NCBI GenBank assembly: GCA_013239625.1 | Contig: MU053994.1 | Span: 1,119,775-1,183,774 of the forward strand | DNA length: 64,000 nucleotides | Source: Lama guanicoe | Taxonomy: Eukaryota | Reading direction: 5' to 3' | Shown: in pieces, positions 40,831 to 51,669 of the stretch | How the letters are laid out: every line of letters starts with the position of its first letter | How positions within the stretch are numbered: position 1 is the stretch's first letter | The notes under the pieces: model-generated | What the model saw: only the letters and a program-made list of their open reading frames with translations | Told to the model about the DNA's origin: nothing | Database searches by the model: none | Position numbers and translations under genes: made by a program

Positions 40831-41632
40831 CCTTATGGCACCAAGTCAGATTTACATTCGAAAGGCAATTAGGAAGATGGTTTGCTGTGAGAAAAAAAAT
40901 TAAATATAGATCATTAAGGTGAAAGAAAGAAAAAAATAACCCCCTTTATTATGTGCTTCTCCCTTTTGGCACTTTTTGTCCTGTGACAAAACAGTGTACT
41001 TAAAAACACCCCTGAAAGGTTTTAGAAAAAAGAGATTCAAAATTAGAAACTGTTGAATTATCTGTACTATTGCTGGAGAACACTGGCAGATGAAGGACAT
41101 GGCATGGGAAGTGAGATGGTAAAATAAAAATGAAAACGGGCTGAGTTTGGAGTCCCAAAGTGAAATTTAAGGTGCAAGCCTCTTAAAAATTAAATACAGT
41201 GATTTGGTAGGTAGTTTAGTTTTTTTAAAAATGACCTTGCGTTTTAAGAACTATTTTTGGAAAGGAACATTTCAAACTCCCTTCTCAAAAAAAAAAAGAA
41301 AATACTGGACACCTCCCCACTTTTCTGTCAAATGATGAAAGACACCCAACACCTGACCTACCTACTGTCACTCTCTCTTGGCCCTTTGGCAGCCAAAAGG
41401 CCACAGGGCCTGGATCTCTGAGTAGCGGGACTTGGACAAAAGTCAGGAATTTGGGCTACTTCTCCCCATTGTCACATCTGATGTCTTGGGAAAATGTGCA
41501 GATACGATGATGGGTCCCTCTTCATCCCTGGCAAAGGCTGTTACAGGAAAGATTGGGAAAGACCTCGCCAGGAGGGAGGCAAAAGCCTCCGAGGCTCCCC
41601 TCCCCCAAGCAGCTGGCCAAGGCCAGGGCCAC

Positions 41633-41668
41633 CGCGGGAGCACCACGCGTCCACGTGCATCCGGCATG
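41633..41668. promoter_or_regulatory. E-box cluster, candidate carbohydrate response element(s)
   Basis: CGCGGG-n5-CACGCG (41633-41649) and CACGTG-n5-GGCATG (41652-41668): E-box-like hexamers spaced by 5 nt as in ChREBP/MondoA:Mlx sites. Confidence 0.5.
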
Positions 41669-42098
41669 CCCAGTCACCCTTCTTACGTAAGAGTCTCTGG
41701 AAGGAGTTGCGCCTGCTGAGGTTCCCTCTGCCCCGACGGCTAATAATAAACCGGATCGGTAGTTTCCGGGCCACCGCCAGTATAGATGCTGGGTTGAGGG
41801 CCTCACTTTGCAACCCGGGTGCGGGCAATTCTGTCATCCCACCCAGGGAGCGTGAGCAACGCCCACCCAACCCCCCGCACTCCAGCCCGCCCTCCTGTCG
41901 GTCCGGATGCCGGGGCCTTTTTAACCCGCGCAGTGCCTGGCCCTCCCAAGCTGGCCTGCTCTGCGCTCGGCGCCGGCGGGGTGCGGCTGCTCGCTCCCTC
42001 CTCTGCCCTTGCCTGCCCTGCGCCCTCCCTACACCCGGGTATCAGGCGAGAGGCGGAGCTGGCCCGGCGTGCGCCGCCCCCACTGTAGAAAGGGCTGA

Positions 42099-42114
42099 GA
42101 GTTACTCGCGGTCA
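42099..42114 (+). promoter_or_regulatory. DR4 nuclear receptor element (LXRE-like; TRE also possible)
   Basis: GAGTTA-ctcg-CGGTCA resembles the SREBP-1c-type LXRE GGGTTA-ctgg-CGGTCA; ~100 bp upstream of the TATA box. Confidence 0.65.
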
Positions 42115-42211
42115 ACCCGAGCTCGGGCCTTTTATCTCGGCGCTGCCGGGGAGGCGGGAGGAGGAGACACCGGGGGTGGCCCTGAGGTCCGGCGACACAT
42201 TTCCGGGACTC

Positions 42212-42217
42212 TATAAA
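42212..42217 (+). promoter_or_regulatory. TATA box of the proximal promoter
   Basis: CTATAAAT in a very GC-rich island, upstream of a putative 5' UTR exon; predicts a start site near 42240-42245. Confidence 0.6.
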
Positions 42218-42239
42218 TTGAGCACCTGGGATGGGTAGA

Positions 42240-42373
42240 GGGCCGACGCCGCCGCCGCCACCACCCGCAGTCACAGTCCGGCCACTGACCACAGCAGCGC
42301 CCGCAGGCAGCAGCCGCCAGCAGCGGAAACATTGAGCTACCTAGCAGCAGAAGATTTCGAGGCGCCAGAGGAG
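42240..42373 (+). other. MID1IP1: Putative non-coding 5' UTR exon of MID1IP1
   Basis: Lies downstream of the TATA box and ends in donor GAG|GTGCGT (GT 42374-42375). Candidate acceptors: polypyrimidine-CAG (AG 42635-42636) and CCCCTGCGTCCTAG (AG 42873-42874). Not verifiable without transcripts. Confidence 0.5.
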
Positions 42374-42898
42374 GTGCGTGCCCCAGCCCCATCTCTGCCC
42401 CGTCAGCGTGGGTGCTTGGACTCAGGCTTTTCCGAGGGGGACGGGAGTGGGGAGCACCCCTTCCTTCTCTCCGTCGCGCTGGGCGGGAGAGGAAGTGGGA
42501 CCGCCCGGCTGCAGGGAGCCACCCGGGCGCCGTCCCAGGCGAGCAGTAACTGGGGAGGGAGGTGTGCGCAGCCGGGGGCGCCGGGCACCCTAGCAGGGTG
42601 AATAATCTTTCTTTTTCGTCCCCGTTTCCCAACCAGGCCAGGGCGCGACCCATACCAACGCGCGGTTATCGCGAGCTTCCGGACGCCCAAGCCAGGAGAA
42701 GTCGCGCATCTCGCAGGGCCGGGCTGCGAGCGAGACGAGAGTTGGAGAGGGCGGAGGAGGAGCCGGGAATCCCGTGGCACCAGCTGAAGCAGGCCCCCGG
42801 CAAGGGCTTCAGAGAGCGCGTGAAGGCGGGCAGCCCCTCGCCCCAGCCGGCCATCCCGTGCCCCTGCGTCCTAGGGCTTCGGCGCCCGCGCGGCCACC

Positions 42899-43450
42899 AT
42901 GATGCAAATTTGCGACACCTACAACCAGAAGCACTCGCTCTTTAACGCCATGAATCGCTTCATTGGCGCCGTGAACAACATGGACCAGACGGTGATGGTG
43001 CCCAGCCTGCTGCGCGACGTGCCCCTGGCCGAGCCTGGGCTGGACAACGACGTCGGCGTGGAGGTAGGCGGCAGTGGTGACTGCCTGCAGGAGCGCACGC
43101 CCCCGGCCCCCGGCCAGAGCAGCGCCAACGGCAGCTTTTTCGCGCCCTCCCGGGACATGTACAGCCACTACGTGCTGCTCAAGTCCATCCGTAACGACAT
43201 CGAGTGGGGGGTCCTGCACCAGCCGCCGCCGCCAGTGGGGAGCGAGGAGGGAAGCTCCTGGAAGTCCAAGGACATCCTGGTGGACCTGAGCCACCTGGAG
43301 GGCGCGGACGCCGGCGAGGAGGACCTGGAACAGCAGTTCCACTACCACCTGCGCGGGCTGCACACTGTGCTCTCCAAACTCACGCGCAAAGCCAACATCC
43401 TCACCAACAGATACAAGCAGGAGATCGGCTTCAGCAATTGGGGCCACTGA
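42899..43450 (+). CDS. MID1IP1: MID1-interacting protein 1 (MIG12 / Spot14-related, THRSP family), 183 aa, uninterrupted CDS
   Basis: Translation shows the Spot14-family blocks [47 protein letters not shown] and the C-terminal zipper [36 protein letters not shown]. Start context GCCACCATGA, stop TGA at 43448-43450, strong GC3 codon bias. Confidence 0.98.
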   Translation: MMQICDTYNQKHSLFNAMNRFIGAVNNMDQTVMVPSLLRDVPLAEPGLDNDVGVEVGGSGDCLQERTPPAPGQSSANGSFFAPSRDMYSHYVLLKSIRNDIEWGVLHQPPPPVGSEEGSSWKSKDILVDLSHLEGADAGEEDLEQQFHYHLRGLHTVLSKLTRKANILTNRYKQEIGFSNWGH

Positions 43451-44410
43451 GGCGGGTCGCCCGCGGCTGCCCAGCACCCTTCCCGGCTCCATCTTTCACC
43501 CTCTCTTTTTCCTCAAAGCTATTTTCTTTCTGGCTGCAGGGCGCGATGGGCGGACAGCAGAGTTGGGGGGCTGCGTACGTGCAGGGGACGCGGCGGGGTT
43601 GCATGGAGAAGGGGGGTTCTTCTGGGAGGGGAGAGGCAAGTGGTGGCGAAAGGGGGGGGTGCTCAAGGACGTCCCTCTCTCCCGAGGTGGGGGTGGGGAG
43701 GGGGCTGTGTTCGACTTTGGTGGAATGGGACTGAGTTGACGCCCTGCATTCAGTCTGTGCCTTTCCAGGAGTTTCTTTTCTGTTCTTTCCGGAGGAGAGG
43801 GGCCGAGAAAGGGCCATTCCGGGGCGCGGCGCTGGGTTGCCACACTTGGGAGCGCCGCCCGGAGCCGGGCGCTGGGGAAGGCGGGGCGCGCAGCCTCCCG
43901 CCGCCCTGCCGTTGGGCTGGTGGAGGCCGCAGCGTTGCTAGGATTGCGTCAGTTTTCCTGTTTGCACTATTTCTTTTTGTAACAGTGGCCCTGTCTTAAG
44001 TATTTCGAATCTCCTCCTTGCTCTGAAACTTCGGCAATTCCATTGTGATAAGCGCACAAACAGTACTGTCTGTCGGTAACCGGTACTACTTTATTAATGA
44101 TTTGCTGTTACACTGTATATGTGTCCTGTGGCACACCTACCCCGTCCCTTTCACGCCACCCCCACCCAGTGTGTGTAAGCTGGCACTGTGCCAGCTTGTA
44201 CGAAGCTTGCCACTCAGCCAGTGAAAATAATAACATTATTACGAGAAAGTGGACTTAACCGAAATGGAACCACCTGACATTCTATCCGTGTTGTACATAG
44301 AATGATGAAGGGTTCCATTGTTGTTATATGTCTTAAGTTTATTTAAAACTTTTTTAATCCAGATGTAGACTATATTCTAAAAAATAAAAAAAGCAGATGT
44401 GCTAACGAAA
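43451..44410 (+). other. MID1IP1: MID1IP1 3' UTR (approximate)
   Basis: Repeat-free sequence from the stop codon to the first AATAAA; G-rich proximal half, AU-rich distal half. Confidence 0.7.
44383..44388 (+). terminator. MID1IP1: Polyadenylation signal AATAAA (further copies at 44461-44466 and 44467-44472)
   Basis: First AATAAA I found after the stop codon, followed by a GT/T-rich downstream element (GTTTGTTGCTTT). Confidence 0.75.
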
Positions 44411-45504
44411 CTCAACAAGTTTGTTGCTTTCTGATCCGCCAATGGATGGCTTAGTAGTTAAATAAAAATAAACTTAATTGATTTTTCTTTTTAAGAAAAG
44501 TTAATTTTATTTTCCCTCTGGTATTTCAAAGTGGTGGATAATCATCTCTCTAAGTATTCAGCTTTGTTTGGGAAGTGGCTACTAACAAGATCTATTTCTG
44601 TTTCTAATTCAGAAATTATTTTATTTCTAATTCAGTACCAAGCTAAGCCCATACACACCTCAACAAAATTCATAAATAATCAGAGTACTTGAGAAGGTAC
44701 ATATATTACAGTTTTCAACCAACTTGACTAGCTTATTGGAGTGCTTACTTAACTTTTTGAATTTTTTAAGAGGCACAAGCATAAACCATGTGTTTGGAGG
44801 CATAAAAACTTATTTTAAAGGCAGGAATTTCACTTGGCCACTGAGAAGTAAAGAATTAGAAGAAAAACACCAGCTAATACTAGTGCACACACCTTGCTGG
44901 TCTTTACTTACCAGTTTTTAATGTTGGTCTTAGGAGATACTTAAGTGTGTTATAACATGTGCCATGGCCTCTGACGAGTTCCCGGTGAAGTGCTAAGCTT
45001 TGTAAAGCTGTGCCCAGCAATGCTTACAGTTTTCCAGTAAGCCGATCTGCAGCTGTGGGCAGCAGATCTGAGCCAGACTGCAGTGGGGCCCTTCGAAACA
45101 CTTCCTTGGATGCCAATATGATGCTTTCCTGGGAGACTGGGACAGGCGAAACACAGTGCTCTGTATTTTAAGTGTTAGATCAATTTCCTTTTTCGATCTT
45201 GAAGTCATGAGACATTCTCTAAGCTCATAGAGCTTGACTTCAAAATACATGTAACTTTGCAGTTAAAAAAAAACAAACCAAAAGTTTTTTGTGGTGTGGG
45301 CAGCTCAAGCCTATTATCAACTTTTAGCAGCAGCGAAAAAATGGAGAAGTGCCAAGGCTGGTGCCTGTGTTGCCAGAGAAAGTTAATCATTAATGTGGAA
45401 AGATAAGCTAGGCAGCACCAGAAGTAAGGAATATGGCCTCTTGCTTGGTAACCCCTTGAAAATATCAAAGTGTAAGCAAAACATTTTAAAAACAGAAACT
45501 AGAG

Positions 45505-45745
45505 AAGCCACGTGGTAGAAAGAAAAGCCAAGATGTTGAGCCAGAAACTTTTATGTTCAGATCCCCTCCTTATTAATAGTGAGTATTTAACTCTCCAAGC
45601 TTGTTGCCATATTTGAAATTCGGCATAATGATAAGTACAAGGCTTACTTCATGGAGTTGCAGCGAGAATGAAAGGAGATGGTGTATAGAATGTCTGATGC
45701 TTAGAAGTTTCTTTAGAAACTCCTGTTCTCTAAATGTTGGTTTGT
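45505..45745 (+). mobile_element. Degenerate MIR
   Basis: gtggtagaaagaaaagcc...tgagccagaaac...tttaactctccaagc...ttacttcatggagttgc. Confidence 0.55.
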
Positions 45746-48700
45746 ATCTTTATATTTCCCCTTTTGCCTTTCTACAGGGATATATGAAGCTTGGGATAAT
45801 ATGCCCACTTTAACAAAAAGCATAATTTCAATTACATCCATGAAACAACAGGTAAACTATTTCCTTTCTCAAAGTCTCAAGAAAGAACCTGAATTAAAAC
45901 CAAGTAGTCACAGTTTGGCAGGTGATATCAAGAATTTTATGAGACGTTAACTGCAAGTTGTTTTCAGAACATTCTTGTATATAGAATACAGAAAGGTAGA
46001 TGCTGATAGCAAAACTAAGCTCTCATAATAAAGTTATTAACTTTATTTTTGAGAACAGTCATGTAAGACTATTTTTATGTATAAATATTGATTCTGACCT
46101 AGGAGTAGTGATATCACTGTTCAAGAGGATTGGACTCTTTTATGAACCAGTTGGGTTTGTCTGGCCCAGTGCTATTCCACTGATGTAACTACTATTTTAT
46201 TTAGATTCAGTTTATGAAACAAAAGGTCAAATCCTCAACCAGATTCACCTGTGAAAACTCAAGCCATTTAAAATTGTGCATTAACTTCCGAGGTAAAGTG
46301 ATAAGTGATTTTACAGTGTCAAGTCTTTCCTGAGGAAACTCAAAAGTACTTTATAAATTTTAAAAATTGCAAACGTTGTGTGGCCCCTCCTTCACAGAGC
46401 TCTCAGAAATCATCGTTGTCTGCCAGACTAGAGGGAAGGCATGGATAGATGAACTGGGCCGAAAGGAACAGCTCAGATTGAAACTGATCACCCTCCAGAT
46501 ATTTACATTTGCTAAGAATTTTCTACATCAAAACCTCACACCAAAACCTTTGAGAAGGCCTGCTTTTACCTCTACAAGCGGCTTTCTGCTTTGCTCACAT
46601 GGGGCTTTTCGTGTTTTACGTTTACACAGTGTTCCTTAGTGGTTTGGCCTAATTTACCCTTTCTCTGAACCTGAACTCATTGTTAGCATGTCACGGCTGC
46701 TGGGATTATCATTCTTTGGCCCAACTTGAAAACTAGTTACTGTTAACAATTTTTTTTCAAAAAATGAAAGTTACTGTCATTTGCATACACCTCTTCATTT
46801 TTAGTTGCTGAACAAAAATCATTTGGGAAAAAGCGGCTGTCTCTCCTCCCCTCCCCCTCTCCTCTTCTTCCTCTGTGGTCCTCAGATGTTTGCAAATTGG
46901 ACACAGTTCTGGTAGATTGAGGGTTCAAATCTTATATACTTTTTTTTAAAAAGGCAATTATGTTTTCATAGGGCATCTAGTACATTTATACCAGTCATTA
47001 CATCCTCGTGTGATTTATTTTGAAGAGTTTTGAACAAAATAATGACAGACTGTTTTCTTTAAAATTCTAGAGGCATTTTTTACCCCCAACAAATAGAAAA
47101 TTCTAGATCAGAAGCTTATGAAAACTTCAGCTATGTGGACTAAGGGATTGGTCTCTTAAAATTAATCGTTAATCTTTTTAAAATTTCAAACTTTATGTAG
47201 TTTCTGATCGAGGCTAAGTTGCTTTAATTAGCAAGACAATTTAAACTTAAAATTATTTTGTAAACTTACTCTTTCTTTTCTTTCAAGGCCATGTCCAATT
47301 TTTTTTAATAACTCAGGGAAATTTAAAGGTTGTTCTTGAGTTACTCTAAATATTAGGCCTCCAGTTAGTTCATTTGAAACTATGTACAACTTTCTGTAAG
47401 CAGTGGCGATAAGATAGTCTACCACCAATAAAGCCAGTATTATCCTTTGCCTCATGCAACCAGAGCTCCTTCCCTGGGACCCCCATTTTAGAGGGCCCCC
47501 ACACTCCTTCCGATTCCCCATGGGCAAGGAATCTTCAGAGCCAAGGGAATGCCCTGAGCTTGTTCCCTTACCTCTAGACCTCGCTTGGGTTCCTGTGTCC
47601 CCAGAGTTCCCTGTCCCGATGGCCTTGTGCCCATTCCAGGGACTCCAAAGGCACTTGCCCTCAGTTTATCCTCCCAGTGGTGAACATGCTTGATTGCTGG
47701 ACGGGGCTTGGCCATGCAAACTGGGCTGCCCAAGGGTGAAGCTTGAGGGGGAAGATGAGGGGGAGAGTGTAGGCTGGAGGTTCCCATTTGTTCTCCTGTC
47801 TCCGCCTCCCTGGGTTTCAGGGTGAACAAAGGTTTTGAAAACCTGCAGAAAGGAAGTAAGAGGTGAAAGCAGCTCGAGCCTTAGGGATTCCATACTTTTT
47901 CTCCCTATTTCCGACATCCCTCAGGAGTCTCTGTGCTCCACTGAAAGAATGTTATTTACTTAATGAAATGGTGGGAAAGGAAAGGGAAAACCGCATCTGT
48001 ATACAGACCTTTTCCAGCTGCTTGCTATTCGGTGCTTGAACGGTGCTGATTATGGTAAAGACTCGAATGGATACATTTTCTGTAAAACCCTGAAGATTTC
48101 ACCTCCTCAAATGTTCTTTCATCTTGCTTTTTTTTAAAAAAAAATTATTATTGAGTTAGCTGTTTTCTTTTTAGTGTCAAAAATCTTGGTCAACTTAAAG
48201 CAGAAACTAATAGTCGTGCATCTGTCTAAACAAAGCCTGCTAAAACCACAACTATCTCATCAGCCCTTCCTGTTTTGGCATTCTCTATTTTTAAGAGGAA
48301 CTTTTTTTTGTATCTTCCCATTCTTTTTCTTATATTTTATTACCTCTTTGTCTATTGTTTCAGAATGCTTTGCCTAGCAATTTTAAAAATATATCTGCTG
48401 GTGTGCCCAACTTCAGTCATCCCAAACCGGTAAGAATTTTGATTGGAGAAAGTGCTTATCATTTAGTTAAGAACAGGGTTATAGAAGGTCACTTTCTGAC
48501 CTTCGAACTGTCTAGAGAAAGTGCTTGCAAACCCAGCGGCTAAGAAGACTGAGAAAATGCTAGTAAAACATACAGCCCAGTTTTTTTATTTTAGCAAGGA
48601 AACAATGTTGAGGGTGGGGCGTTTTCACAAATCTATTTTACTGTTCGATACCAATCTTACTAGTGTTGATATGTGCACTTTTATCAACGAGCATTCAGTT

Positions 48701-49954
48701 AACAGGGGGAAACTGAACGCGATTCATTTGATGTTTTTAAAGGTAAAAACTAACTGTAGGGCTTTTTTTTTTTCCCTTTTGAATGCCACACTGCTGAGGT
48801 AAAGAATGTTGTAGCTTGTGGGTGAGCTCAACAAGGCCAATTAAAACCTGACTACTCTTCACCGTGTTGAAATACCTGACAGAGCTTGCTGTGTCCTTGG
48901 ATAATGGCTTTTTTTTTTTTTTCTACTTAGCAGACATCTAATTGAGGAGATTTCCTGTTTGGTAGTTAAGGAAAGATGAAACCGAAAGTACCACATTGGT
49001 AGTTCTGACCAAGGTATTTACATTTTTCTAGTTGTTCACAATGTGATGTTAATTTGAAGCCCTGCTTTTTTTTTTCTTTAAAGGAAACATATACATTGAG
49101 AAAGAACACAGATTTGTCCCCTAGTAGCCAAACTATGTGTAGAATGCAAGGAGTGTAGTTAGTGTACGTTGGTCATTCAAAACAAAGTGTAGTATTTTGT
49201 AGCGTCTAATTGACATTGCAGCTCATAACTCATGGATGCTTTGAAGGTATAACTTAGTTTCTGTTGTGATAAATACTTGTTGACCATGCTTTCATAGCTT
49301 AAATATTTGGGTGGAAAGTGCCAGAAGTTTAGATGTTTAACCCAGCTATTGGGGCCTAGGAGGAATCTCAGAAGCCCTTTCCCTTTAGTGGGCTAGGGAG
49401 CAGAGGAAAAGGCCTGCTCCCTGCAGCCAGTTTGGCCCCAAGTGGAAGAAGAGAGGCACCAAGTCAAGCCTGCCTAATTTAGTCTTTCCAAATTTACCAG
49501 ATGTCACTCCAGCATCCCTGGGTTCGTTGTGATAAGAGGAGTGTTGGAGAAAGGTGAGGTGTGTTTCAGGACCCTCCCACCCACTGGAAACCTGAGGAAT
49601 AGGGAGGTAATCACTCTCCTCTGATAGCAGGTTGTGGTACCTTTTCCTCTGACTAGAAAGGCAGCCAAAGTTTGGTTGAAGCATATGAAATTGCCGTTTT
49701 TGTCAGTCCAAAATTGTTGAACAATCTGATTCCAGCAATTGGATGTCCCTCTGTGGACATTGCTATAGTCTTTTTACATCACCTTATGAACTATTGTTTG
49801 CCAAATCAGGGTTGACCTGATTTTCAGACAGAAGAAGTGAGGGACCAAAAAAAAAAAAAAGACCAAAGTTGGCAATTATATAAGGGAGACAAATAGAATG
49901 GAAGAAAAAGGAGACTTAAAATGAAGAGAAGAAATAGAAAAGTAGCAGAGAAGT

Positions 49955-50499
49955 TGTAGCAAAATGTATTTTCTAAAAAAGACCACAAAGTGATTTCTGG
50001 CCCTAAATGCTCTTCCACAACAACCTCGCCCCCTTCCATCAAGAGGTAGAATCTCTGTCTCCTCATCTTGAATTTAGGTGGGGCTTGGTGGCTGCCTTGA
50101 CAAAATCAATGTGGCCATCACTTCCAAGACCAGACCATAAATGGTGATACATCTTCCTCTTATATGAGCTACATGGCTGTCTATTGAGATGCTTGTCCTT
50201 GGAACCCAGCTGCAATGCTGTGAGAAAGCCCAGGCCACATGGAGAGGTCACATGTAGGTGTTCCAGCTGACAGTCTCACTGAGGTCCCAGCCAACAGCCA
50301 GCATCCAACTGCCAAACATGTGAGCAAGCCTTCAATTGATTCTAGCCCCCAGCCTTCGAGCTACTCTAGCTGATGCCAAGTGGAGCGGAGACAAGCTGTC
50401 CCCATCAAGCACTGTCCAAATTTTAGACTTGTGTGCAAAATATTTTCATTCTTTTAAGCCACTGAGTGGTTTGTTACACAGCAATAGATAATTGGAACA
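49955..50499 (+). mobile_element. MLT1F/G-like LTR
   Basis: tgtagcaaaatgtattttc...gaacccagctgcaatgctgtgagaaagcccaggccacatggagagg...cagcaatagataattggaaca. Confidence 0.82.
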
Positions 50500-50733
50500 G
50501 AGACCTTTTTCCAAATTTCATGAGACTAGAACTAAGCAAAAACAATCAAAAGTAGAATGTAATCTATGAAACAGAGTCTATTTTATCACATTTGCCTGAG
50601 TAACAGCTTCTAATAAACCTGGAACCTTTGGAAACATTCATCTGATGACTGATGTAGAGAATAGAAGGATTAGAAGTGATGGGTGATGAGAGAGATGTTA
50701 TAAGTAACATTTTCCAGTTCTGTTAAAGCTGGG

Positions 50734-51248
50734 TGTGGCAGGTAGAATAATGGTCCCCCAAAGATGTCTGTGTCCTAATCCCCAGAACCTGTGAATATAT
50801 CACCTTACATGGCAAGGGGTGATTAAAGTTGCAGCTGGAATTAAGGTTGCTAATCACCTGACCTTTAGATGGAGAAATTATCCTGGATTATCCAGATGGG
50901 CCCAATGTAACCACAAGCATCTTTCAAAATGAAAGTAGAAGGCAGATATGCCGGAGTGAGAGTGATGCAGCATGAGAAAGACTTGATTTGCCCTCGCTGG
51001 CTTTGAATATGGAGAAAAACAGGCCAGGAGCCAAAAGACGTAGGCAGATTCTAGAAGCTGGAAAAGGCAAGGAAATAGATTCTCCCTAGAGCCTCCAGAC
51101 AGAACATAGCCCTCCCAACACCTTGATTTCATCCCAGTGAGACCCATCTTAGACTTCCAACTTCCAGAACTGTAAGATAATAATTTGGCATTGTTTGAAG
51201 TCACCAGGTTTGTTGGAATTTGTTACAGACGCAATAGGACAGTAAAAC
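50734..51248 (+). mobile_element. MLT1D/E-like LTR
   Basis: tgtggcaggtagaataatggtccccc...ttatcctggattatccagatgggcccaatgtaa...ccagaactgtaagataataa. Confidence 0.88.
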
Positions 51249-51669
51249 CCTTGGCCTCCAGCCTGTGGCCAGTAAATGAAAGGTTATATACTCTTGGCAC
51301 TTAATCCATTCACTGCTTTGGAGCTGGCTAAAATATAGAATTTCAAACACAGCAACTTGCTGAAAACAGCACTGGAAGGTACTTTTAGTCTTCTTTTGTG
51401 AAAGACACTTTATTTTTCTTTTAAGCTCTTATCGTGGTGACAGTAGCCCAGCATAAACAGACAGTGCTTACGGTGCTGCCACTGTGTTACTGAAAGGGCT
51501 TGCTTCAAACATAGCAGCATTATTTATTACGTATTCTGTGGTTAAGATTTTAGACCCACTCTCTCCTTATTTTTACGTTTTTAAATACTCATTTCTTTCC
51601 TTTCTGAAGATATGGTTTGATCTTTATGTGGACTATATATTTCTGCAGCGCCCCCATCGCAGCATTATT

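Larger units (their letters stand above)
41600..43950. promoter_or_regulatory. MID1IP1: CpG island covering the proximal promoter, 5' UTR, CDS and proximal 3' UTR of MID1IP1
   Basis: Abrupt rise in GC and CpG density against CpG-depleted flanks; edges approximate. Confidence 0.92.

Noticed and set aside
41494..42216. 240-aa ORF and other overlapping ORFs in the CpG island
   Set aside because: Pro/Arg/Gly/Ala-rich translations typical of stop-poor GC-rich promoter DNA; no family similarity.
39354..42300. Antisense lncRNA equivalent to human MID1IP1-AS1
   Set aside because: I recall such a transcript at the human locus, but no exon structure can be supported from this sequence alone.
42809..43492. 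227-aa antisense ORF overlapping the MID1IP1 CDS
   Set aside because: Expected shadow frame of a GC3-rich coding sequence; no recognisable domain.
49670..49745. Possible MADE2 mariner MITE or hairpin
   Set aside because: Only one terminal repeat (ggttgaagcatatgaaattgcc) is recognisable; too decayed to call a hairpin or ncRNA.
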